Below are positions 23,509 through 34,078 of a DNA stretch of 64,000 nt, piece by piece. The notes below the pieces were generated by a model. It ran no database searches. It saw nothing but the letters and a program-made list of their open reading frames with translations, and was not told where the DNA came from. Where the stretch lies: NCBI GenBank assembly GCA_038087875.1, contig CM075990.1:3598001-3662000 (forward strand), written 5' to 3'. The stretch comes from Malacoraja senta. Lineage: Eukaryota. The translations under genes were made by a program, and so were the position numbers. How positions within the stretch are numbered: position 1 is the first letter of the stretch; each line of letters opens with the position of its first letter.

Positions 23509-23574
23509 CTCATCATTAGACAAAGCAAATCTGTCAAGAAGCCTCACAAAATGAATGGTCTTGTTATTAACACA
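23509..23574 (-). CDS. Candidate 66-nt internal coding exon (CVNNKTIHFVRLLDRFALSNDE)
   Basis: Acceptor tatatttccttccAG and donor GAG|GTAATG; open in phase 0; lies in non-repetitive DNA. Confidence 0.35.
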
Positions 23575-24148
23575 CTGGAAGGAAATATACAAGGCCGAGT
23601 CCAAAGTGATGGTCATTCTTTCTCACCAGTGAATGAATAACGAAATGAAAAATCGTTAAAACGTTAATAATTTAGGATATAATTAGTCCTTTTAAGGTTA
23701 TGGATTCAGCCAAGAACACTGTAATTCTGCAGATGAAAGTTGTTTTACACGCAGTGCTAACCATCCTTATGGGCATTAGAGGGAGATCTCTCTAGGTGGG
23801 TCATCTGTCAATGGTTCATGTACTTGTATGTATGTTTCGTTGTTCAACCACATGAAGTCATCTCTCGCTCCGTGCCAGCACTCCCCTGTGGCTGTATGAG
23901 TGCTTGTTTTATTCTGGTGTGACCTTCTTAATGTCTGAGGGTGGATTTGACCAAGACAGGAAATCCCTCCCTGAATATCTGCTTTTCCTTGAACACAATT
24001 ACTTCATACGAGGGACATGTTTTTGTGAAGAACAGCTCAGGACCTGGCAAGAACAAATTTTTGTGTAAGGAAAGAACTACAGGTGCTGGTTTAAATCGAA
24101 GATAGACACAAAATGCTGGAGTAACTCAGCGGGACATTCTTGCCATAG

Positions 24149-24927
24149 AGGTGGCAAAAACAGGAAAGTAGACTATTATCTAAATGGTGGCCGATTAGGA
24201 AAAGGGGAGATGCAACGAGACCTGGGTGTCATGGTACACCAGTCATTGAAAGTAGGCATGCAGGTGCAGCAGGCAGTGAAGAAAGTGAATGGTATGTTAG
24301 CATTCATAGCAAAAGGATTTGAGTATAGGAGCAGGGAGGATCTACTGCAGTTGTACAGGGTCTTGGTGAGACCACACCTGGAGTATTGCGTACAGTTTTG
24401 GTCTCCAAATCTGAGGAAAGACATTTTTGCCATAGAGGGAGTACAGAGAAGGTTCACCAGACTGATTCCTGGGATGTCAGGACTTTCATATGAAGAAAGA
24501 CTCGGCTTGTACTCGCTAGAATTTAGAAGATTGAGGGGGGATCTTATAGAAACTTACGAAATTCTTAAGGGGTTTGACAGGCTAGATGCAGGAAGATTGT
24601 TCCCGATGTTGGGGAAGTCCAGAACAAGGGGTCACAGTTCAAGGATAAGGGGGAAGTCTTTTAGGATCGAGATGAGAAAAACATTTTTCACACAGAGAGT
24701 GGTGAATCTCTGGAATTCTCTGCCACAGAAGGTAGTTGAGGCCAGTTCATTGGCTATATTTAAGAGGGAGTTAGATGTGGCCCTTGTGGCTAAAGGGATC
24801 AGGGGGTATGGAGAGAAGGCAGGTACAGGATACTGAGTTGGATGATCAGCCATGATCATATTGAATGGCGGTGCAGGCTCGAAGGGCCAAATGGCCTACT
24901 CCTGCACCTATTTTCTTTGTTTCTATG
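24149..24927 (+). mobile_element. CR1 LINE 3' fragment
   Basis: ORF 24210-24836 QRDLGVMVH...VRPHLEYCVQFWSP...RTRGH...GYGEKAG; CR1 3' UTR. Confidence 0.93.
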
Positions 24928-25090
24928 GGACAGGCAGCATCTCTGGAGAAAAGGAATGGGTGACATTTCAGGTCGAGACTCAAGAAGGGTCTCGACCCGA
25001 AATGTCACCCATTCCTTCTCTCCAGCAGTTTGTGTCTAAGAACAAATTGTTGTTCTTTATTTTCACTCAAACTTTCTAAAACACTTCTAG

Positions 25091-25902
25091 GTAGACAAAA
25101 ATGCTGGAGAAACTCAGCGGGTGAGGCAGCATCCATGGAGCGAAGGAAATAGGCAACGTTGCGGGTCGAAACCTGAAGAAGGGTTTCGACCCGAAACGTT
25201 GCCTATTTCCTTCGCTCCATAGATGCTGCCTCACCCGCTGAGTTTCTTCTTTTTTTTTAAAATATTTTATTTTATTAGAAGTGAGTACAGTCATATGGTA
25301 CCAAAGTGCCTAATATATATTTGCATAATACATTTTATGTACATCTTCTTCTTATTATTATTTTTTTATTATAATAAAGAAATATAAGAAAAAGAAATTA
25401 GATAATAAAGAATAGAAAAACGTGAGATATATAGTGTGTGAAAAAGGAAAAAAAAGAGAATGAAAGAAGAAAGTTGAAGAAAAGAAAGTAGGAAAAAGAG
25501 AATAAAAAATACAAATAAAAAGAAATAAGGAGATCATTATTTATAATCTTGACCATCCCCCACCCAGTCCTCAAACAATTAGTTTCTACAATTATGTTGC
25601 ACCATATGATTCCAAAAAGACGACAATGGAGACCAACTCGTTAAGAATTGGTCTGATTTTTCTATTAGGAGGAATCACATTTCTTAAAGATGTACGGTAT
25701 CCAACATGCTTGCGATCCACATTTTATGCGTTGGTATTGGTGTATTTTTCCAAAATTTAAGTATTAGTTTTGTTGCTATTATTAAACCATAATTAAAAAA
25801 TAAATGTTGTGATAAGTTCAATTTATTCCCATCTTCCATTATTTCCCGCTGAGTTTCTCCAGCATTGTTGTCTACCTTTGATTTTCCAGCATCTGCAGTT
25901 CC
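25091..25902. mobile_element. Palindromic mini-Penelope insertion, later split by an L1 fragment
   Basis: 17-bp TSD ttctaaaacacttctag (25074-25090, 25903-25919); inverted arms around the hammerhead ctgaagaagggtttcgacccgaaacgtt (25173-25200). Confidence 0.85.
25248..25844 (-). mobile_element. L1-type LINE 3' fragment
   Basis: 14-bp TSD cccgctgagtttct (25234-25247, 25845-25858); poly(A) tail seen as a T-run; homologous to the ORF2 C-terminus at 27023-27235. Confidence 0.8.
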
Positions 25903-26651
25903 TTCTAAAACACTTCTAGTTTCGTTTCTCGGTTAGTTTAGAGATGCAGCGCTGAAACAGGCCCTTCGGCCCACCGAGTCTGCACCGACCAGTGATCCCC
26001 GCACACTAGCGCTATCCTACACACATTAGGGGCAATATAACATATTATACCAAGCCAATGGGAGGAAACCAGAGATCTCAGTGTAAACCCATGCTGTAAG
26101 GTTGTCCCAAGCACAGGGCCACGAATCCTTGAGTATTTGGGTACAAAATATCAAATATGTACAGTTCAATGGTTCGTCGTTGCTTTATTGCCACTTGTGC
26201 CAAGTGAAAACGCTCTGTGAAATTATTTTCTTACAAACAGTCCAGTAGATTATTGTCATATCATCCTCGATTAGCAAATTGTACAGAAATAGTCCACTGA
26301 GCCCGCCTGCGAGAGGCCCCATGTATTGGCGCCAATTTCCAAGTCCAGTCCATGTTCCAGTTGCTATGAGCGGTGCTCGATCTAGGCGAGCCCCAGGCTG
26401 CTGCAGGGCCTCCAGCTGTCACCTTCCTTGGTCCCTCAGTAACCAACGTCCTCACCTTTGTGCCCTGCTTCTTGCAAGTGATTAGAAAAGGTGGTAATAG
26501 AAAATAGAACATAGAAATATAGCGACATGGAAAATAGGTGCAGGAGTAGGCCATTCGGCCTTTCGTGCCAGCGCCACCATTCAATATGATCATGGCTAAT
26601 CAACCAAAATCAGTACCCCGTTCCTGCTTTCTCCCCATATCCCTTGATTCT

Positions 26652-27263
26652 TTTTTTTTTTTTTTAATTATTTTTATTAGAAGTACGGTAAATTACAGTA
26701 ATACACAACACATATATCTTAATACATTTTTTGTACCGCTTCATTTTTTTGAGCTTTAAGAGAAAGATAGAAGTAAGAAAAGTAAAGAAAGTGCGCAAGA
26801 GTCGTGAAGTGCAAGAGAGTGTTGTGAAAAGAAAGCCCCTTAGAAAAGAAGTTAGAGAAGGAAGTAAAGTAAGAAACTAGATCCTAGAAAAGAAAGAAAA
26901 AGAAAGTAGGAACAATCGCAGAAAGGGAACCACCAACCAAGTCTGTTTTTATTGTTTTACCTCCCATTACCAGGTCCTGATACCATTCTTTATTTATTTA
27001 TTTTTTAAATTACTATTGCACCTCATGCTTGTAATAGGTCCAGAAACGTAGACCACGTCTTTTGGAATTGGTCTGCTTTACCTGCTAAGAGGAATCTCAT
27101 CTCTTCCAGATATAATGTTTCCAACATATTTGATGTCCACATTTTTATTGTTGGTGTGGGCGCATTTTTCCAGAATTTAAGTATGAGCTTTTTTCCCATT
27201 ATTAGCCCGTAATTGAATAAGTTCTTCTGATACACGTTTAATTCAGGGATACCTTCCGATATA
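26652..27263 (-). mobile_element. L1-type LINE 3' fragment inserted in a CR1 3' end (~26498-27380)
   Basis: 13-bp TSD atcccttgattct (26639-26651, 27264-27276); poly(A); ORF KKLILKFWKNAPTPTIKMW...LEEMRF...FQKTWSTF resembles fish L1 ORF2 C-termini. Confidence 0.8.
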
Positions 27264-27547
27264 ATCCCTTGATTCTGTTAGCCCCAAGAGCTATATCCAA
27301 CTCTCTCTTGAAAACATCCAGTGAATTGGCCTCCACTGTCTTCTGTGGCAGAGAATTCCACAGATTCACATCTCTCTGGTTGAAGATCAGCACGGCACAG
27401 GGATGTGCCCCTGTGGTCCACAATGCCTGCGCTGACCATGATGCCAAGACCTTCACGTATCTGCCTACACACAAGCCAAATCCCTCCATTCCCATTCATC
27501 AGCTCATGAGTTAATTAGTCAAAGGAGCAGAAATAGGCCATTCTGCC

Positions 27548-30500
27548 TGTAATGAGTTGAGTCAAACACATATCAAGATACAACACATGTTTATTAAAGC
27601 TACTAACAGCATCGGTCTGCAGGACATTACAGTTCCTAGCAGCTACTCACACTGAATGGAGTAGGCAAGCTCTTGGTAATATGAATCGCATATTAGGCGG
27701 AGCAAATACTAACAAGCTCTGAGGAAATAACCAATCTACATATTTCCTTGTAGAAACAAAAGAAAGCATCGGTACATAGGAACATGGCGGCTAAGTGATA
27801 TAGGTAGCGGAACTTTAATAACGCATATGGGGAAGTTTGTATAGTTACACAAAATCGCCGTATCTACTGGGTGGCCTGCTAATCCGTCCGGCATGTGTGC
27901 GATACAAATCCGCCTCACCTCCTTTCACCGGAGAAGATACCGGGGAGAGAATGGGGGATGTGCCCGGAGTCCCGTCGGGGAGGGGAGGTGGTGAGATAGA
28001 CGAGCTGGGCGCCGAACGTCACAGGGAGGCCGCTGTGGAAATGGTCTCTGATAGTGGAGCAGCAGGACCGGTAGTGGGAGGGTATACAAAACGCAAGACA
28101 TCTGGATATGGAGTCGCAGGACGCGGTTCCTTCACTGGAAGGAGATGTTGACGGTTGCGTCTGTAAATGGCTCTGTCCGCTTCAACCAGATAAGAGGGCG
28201 TTTCTTTGGCAGGGCCGTAGATGTGACCCAGACGGCCATAGCCCTTGTTGGTCTGGAGACGAACCACCTGTCCACTGGTGAGAGGTTTACTGGATTTGTT
28301 GAAAAAACATTTCTGTGTATCGCGTTTGAATTGTAGTTGTTTCTGGACCGCAGGCGGAGAACGAACATGTGGCTGCAAAAGCTGCTGGGACACAGGCAGG
28401 GGAGCATGGGTTTGGCGAGACATTAGTCATTGGGCTGGGGAGACTAGTATGGGATCCCTTGCAATGTTCCCTTAAGTTGAGCAAGTCAAGGTTTACGTCC
28501 GATTTAGCAAGGTAAGAACGCTCCATTAGTTGTTTTGCGCTTCGGACAGCGCGTTCGGCGAGTCCGTTGGACTGCGGGAACTCAGGGCTGCTGGTAATAT
28601 GTCGGAAGTCCCATAGTTTTGCAAAGTTTTTGAAAGACTGGCTGGTAAACTGTCTGCCATTGTCGGACAGAAGACGTGCAGGGGAGAAGTGACGCTGCAA
28701 CTTCTCAATAACTACTTCAGATGTAATGGTTTGGAGTAAATTGATGTCAATCCAGCCCGAATAAGAGTCGACAAGTACCAGATAGTGTTTCCCATGCCAT
28801 CCGAATATATCGGTGGCTAACGTAGACCACGGGAGAGGAAGAACCGGGTGCGGCAGTAAGGGCTGTTTCTGCTGGTGTGGCATCAGGCTTTTGCAGATGG
28901 CGCAGACTTCGGTTTTGTCGTATATGTACTTGGTCATACCACGCCAGTAAAACATGCTTTGTGCCCGTTGTAAGGTTGCCTCCACGCCAGGGTGGCCCCT
29001 GTGGACGGTGTCGAAGTACTTGTCCTGGAGGACAGCTGGGACAACTGCCTTGTGGCCCTTGACTATAATCCCATCCTGTAACACCAGTTCGTCGCGAACC
29101 AGGAAGTATGGGCGGATCGCGAGCGGGGTGTTGTGTTGTTTACCCGGACAGCCACGCCGGATGACTGCGGACAGCAATTGTAAAGTCTCGTCAGCAGCCG
29201 TGTGTTCTGCTAGGCTGCTCAATCAATCAGTAGGAACATACGATACCTTCATTACTGAGAACTGGTCCTGTTCAGAGAGTTGTTGTTCGTTGGTTTTGCG
29301 TGATAGCGTGTCAGTTATGTGCATGTCCTTGCCTTTCTTATAGACCATGTTGAAATCAAACCGCTGCAGCTGCATCAAAATTCGCTGTAGTCGTGCTGGG
29401 GCAGCGTGGATGGGTTTATTCAAAATGGTGGTCAGTTTCTATAGTCACAGACTTCCCCAAAATAAAGTCCGTGAATTTTGTGCAGGCGAAAACCAATGCG
29501 AGCAATTCTTTTTCGATCTCGGCGCAACGTTGTTCCGTGTCAGTTAGTGTGCGAGAGGCGTAAGAAACAGGCTTGCAGTCGCCCTTGGCAGCGGTCTGCA
29601 GGCAAGCAGCGCCAAGTCCGTACTGGGACGCATCGCAGGTGAGCGTTACCGGTAACTCCAAAGCAAAGTTCCTCCTAATTTGAGGAAGGACATTCTTGCT
29701 ATTGAGGGAGTGCAGCGTAGGTTTACAAGGTTACTTCCCGGGATGGCAGGACTGTCATATGCTGAGAGAATGGAGCAGCTGGGCTTGTACACTCTGGAGT
29801 TTAGAAGGATGAGAGGGTATCTCATTGAAACATATAAGATTGTTAAGGGCTTGGACACACTAGAGGCAGGAAATATATTCCCGATGTTGGGGGAGTCCAG
29901 AACCAGGGGCCACAGTTTAGGAATAAGGGAGTAAGCCATTAGAGCGGAGATGAGGAAACACTTTTTCTCACAGAGAGTGGTGAGTTTGTGGAATTCTCTG
30001 CCTCAGAGGGCGGTGGAGGCAGGTTCTCTGGATGCTTTCAAGGAGAGCTAGATAATAGGCGAGAGTAGGTGCGCTGGCCAGCTGCAACTTGAGAGTGTCA
30101 AAAGCTCTTTGGTGCTGCGGATACCAGGACCATGCAGCGTCCTTGTGTGTTAGTTCTCGCAAGGGGGCAGATACGTCGCTGAGGTTGGGAATAAATTTTC
30201 CCTGGTAATTGACCATTCCGAGGAACCTTTGTAGACTCTCAACATCAGTAGGAACCGGCATTTCGGTGGTAGCTGCAGTTTTTGATGGGTCTGGTCTGAG
30301 ACCATCACTTGCGAAAACATGTCCGACGTAGGTAACATCTGGGAGTCGAAACTTGCACTTCAGGGGATTGAGTTTGAGCTGAATGTATTTGGCACTTTCT
30401 ATACTTTCTTCAGATTGGCATCATGTTCAGCCAGGTCGTGTCCGTAGACGAGACTGTCATCAACAATGATGGCGCATGGATACTCAGCAAACAATTGTTC

Positions 30501-32537
30501 CATCGTGCACTGGAAAACTTCGCTGGCGGAGTTGATGCCAAAGGGCATTCTCAGAAATTTGTAACGGCCGAAGGGGGTGCTAAGATTGGATGAATCTGGG
30601 TCCAGTGGAATCTGTCAAAGCGAGCTTTTGCCATCCAGAATGGAGAATACTGATACGTTGCCTATTTGAGCAGCAACTTCCTCTACTGTTCGCGTTTGAT
30701 AGCAGTGTTAAGATCTCTGGGGTTTATGCAGTTACGGATCTTCTCCTTGTTTTTATTTTGTTGCGACCACCATGGTGGAAACCCAGTCAGATGGGTCGGT
30801 AACTTCAGCGATAACACCCATGGAGACCATCCGCTTGATTTCATTGTGAACTCTATCACCCATGGCATGTGGAACACTATGTGGTGCTCGGACCACAGGA
30901 GTGACGTTGGGATCAACGACAATGTGGTATTTGAGGGTCAACTTGCCAAGTTCGTCGTTAAACAGTTCTTTGTATTGAGAGAGTACTTGCTGAGTGGGTC
31001 CGTCAGCGAGAAAGAGTTGATGGACAGCGCGGCCAAGGTATACCAGGCCTAGATTGTGGAATGCATTGATACCGAGCAAAGTCTCTGAATCCCCCTTGAT
31101 GATATAAAACTTTAGGGTATGGGGCTGCGAGTCTATGGTGCATTTTAAATGAGTTTGTCCAAGTGGGTGTAGAAAATCTCCCCCGTGGCCGAGGCCTTTT
31201 CAATACGTTCAGCATCACGAATTGTTTTTAACTCTGATAACGAGATGACGTTGCATTTCGCGCCCGTATCAACCTTAGCAATCAATGGTCTATTATTCAC
31301 AAACATGGTTACCTCAGGATCAAGTTGCTCATTAGATGAAGGGAGGAGAGAGTGGATGGCTGAGCTGGAATCTGTACTTTCAGAGAGCTGAGCGGGGGAT
31401 GGCAAGTCAGGCTCTTGGAATTCGTTATCAGCAAGCTCATGTTGTAACAGGTGCAGGCTTGTCCTTGGAGCTGGTTCAGTCACACGGGAACGGCAGCATC
31501 TAGCAAAGTGGTTTAATTTCTTGCAGACGTTACAGGCTTTACCATAAGCAACACAGAACTGTCGACCCTTAGCATGAAATTAGTTGCAATTTTGACATCG
31601 AACAGCAGACTGGGAATGGCTGTTATGAGAGGAGGTGTCTGTAAGATTGACACCATACTGCGAATGCTGGCCGGAGGTCACAGACTTAGTGTGAGAAGAT
31701 GTGATCTCAGCAATCCGGCAGGCATGCTCGGCTTGATTAAGGGTTAGGTCAGTGTTACGGAGCAGTTCATCCCTTAACTTGCTATCAAGCATACCTCCAA
31801 CAATTCTGTCACAGATGAGTTCATCACACTGATCACGAAACTGGCAGTGTGCAGCCATGTGTTTTAAGTCGCTGATAAAACGTTCAACCGCTTCATCAAT
31901 CTGCTGCATACGAGCATAAAACTTGGTAATTCAATAATGTAGTTCGAGGGCAGGTCACACAACTGTCTGAACTATGCACGTAAGATGGCAGGGTCATCAA
32001 TCGTCTCAGCAGGCACTAGGACCTGTCCATTGGCATCTAAAATTGCAGGCTCAAATGTGAAATTGTCGGCACGATTCATTGCCTCTGGGCCCGCTAAGTT
32101 GAGTAATACAGAAGCACGCACATCAGGAGGGTCGTTGCAATGAACGATGCGAACATAGTGAGTGTAGTCGCGCTCGAAAAGACCCCAGCGTTCAGTAATG
32201 TCAGAGTCAAAGATCAGAGGACTAGGACAGTGAGACGAGTTTGCCATAATAGAGAGAACCGGCACATAAACAAATAAAAAAAAATAAAACCTGATAAACG
32301 TGAACGGAGTAGGTAGGACTCACTCTCTGACACCATGTAATGAGTTGAGTCAAACACGTATCTAGATACAACACATGTTATAATCTACTTATAGCATCGA
32401 TCTGCAGGACATTATAGTTCCTAGCAGCTACTCATACTGAATGGCGTAGGCAAGTTCTTGTTAATATAAAATGCATATTAGGCAGAGCAACTCCTAACAA
32501 GCACTACAATTGGAGAGTTGGAAATAACCAATCTACA
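27548..32537 (-). mobile_element. Full-length degenerate Gypsy LTR retrotransposon (Mag-like)
   Basis: LTRs 27548-27740 and 32336-32537 (TG...CA); 5-bp TSD ctgcc; PBS TGGTGTCAGA (tRNA-Leu-like) next to the 5' LTR. Domains in Gypsy order: gag with two Cys knuckles, protease KVDTGAKCN, RT IVDD, RNase H TCDASQYGLG, integrase HRGH..CAIC / SDNGRQF / SNGLAERAV. Many stops and frameshifts. Confidence 0.95.
29670..30052 (+). mobile_element. Internal CR1 fragment inserted in Gypsy pol
   Basis: RKDILAIEGVQRRFTRL...RTRGHSL; no CR1 3' UTR or tail; splits Gypsy PTLAYY / ELPVTLTCDAS. Confidence 0.88.
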
Positions 32538-33214
32538 CTGCCCATCGAGTGTGCTCTGCCATTCAATCATGGCTGCTCAATCGTACCCTCTCAAACCCCT
32601 TCTCCTGCCTTCTCCCCATAACCTTGGACAACCATACGCATCGAGAAATTGTCAATCTTCACTTCAAAAATACCCAATCATAAAAATATAAATTGTACCT
32701 AGTGTGTGCAGGATGTAGTGTTAATGTACGGGGATCACTGGTCAGCGCGGACTCAGTGGGCCGAAGGGCCTGTTTCCACGATGTATCTCTAAACTAAACG
32801 AAACTAAAAGCTCATATAGGAACCAAGAATATTTACAAATGCCTAGTCCCACTCATGTTGCTGCTGAATTGGAATTTTAAAAGATTTTTTAGACTTTTAC
32901 ACTGTGGAAACAGGCCCATCAGCCCACCGAGTCCATGCCGACCAGCGATCCCCATGCACTAACACTATCCGACACACCAGGGCCAATTTACAATGTTTAC
33001 CAAAGGCAATTACTCAACAACCCTGCACGTCTTTGGAGTGTGGGAGGAAACTGGCGCTATCTCAGCGATACCAATGGGCTGACTTTCAATGATCCAACTT
33101 TATGCAAATTCACGTAAATATTTTTAAAGCGTTTTTCAAACTAGTAATAACCATAACAAAATGTTTCATGTTACTCATTAATGGCTGGATGCAATATATT
33201 TTTTAACAATACTG

Positions 33215-33520
33215 GCAGCGTGGTGGAACAGCGGTAGAGTTGCTGCCTTACAGCACCAGAGACCTGGGTTTGATCCTGACTATGGGTGCTGTCTGTACGG
33301 AATTTGTACATTCAATCCTGTGACCACGTGGGTTTTCTCCGGGTGCTCCTGTTTCCTCCCACACTCCAAAGACATACAGGTTTGTAGGTTGATTGGCTTT
33401 GGTAAAATTGTAAATGATCCATGCTGTGAAGGATAGTGCTAGTGTACGGGGTGATTGCTGGTCGGCATGGACTCGGTGGGCCAAAGGGCCTGTTTCCATG
33501 GTGTATCTCTAAAGTCTAAA
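33215..33520 (+). mobile_element. HE1-like V-SINE
   Basis: Head, V-domain and aaagtct tail. Confidence 0.82.
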
Positions 33521-34078
33521 GTGTAAATATATATATTCCATTATATATTGATGAGTTGCATTGTAGGAGGTCAAATATATAGTCAATGGCTAAATCTTTA
33601 ATAGCATTGATGTAGAGGGATCTTGGAGTCCAAGTCCATAGCTCTCTGAAAGTGACAACACAAGTAGATGGAATTGTAAAGAAGGCATATGGTATGCTTG
33701 CCTTCCTTGGTTGGGGAATTGTGTTTAAGAGTAAGGAAGTCATGTCTCAGCTTTATAGGATTTGGTCATGCTGCATTTAGTGTATTGTGTGCTATTCTGG
33801 TCATAAGTGATAGGAGCAGAATTAGGCCATTCGGCCCACCAGTTCTACTCTGCCATTCAATCATGGCTGATCTATCGCTCCCTCCTAACCCCATTCTCCT
33901 GCCTTCTCCCCATAACCCCTGACACCCGGACTAATCAAGAATCTATCCATCTCTGCCTTAAAAATATCCATTGACTTGGCCTCCACGGCCTTCTGTGGCA
34001 AAGAATTCCACAGATTCACCACCCTCGGACGAAAGAAATTCTCGCTGGTCACCTCATTACAGGATGAATATGGAGTGG

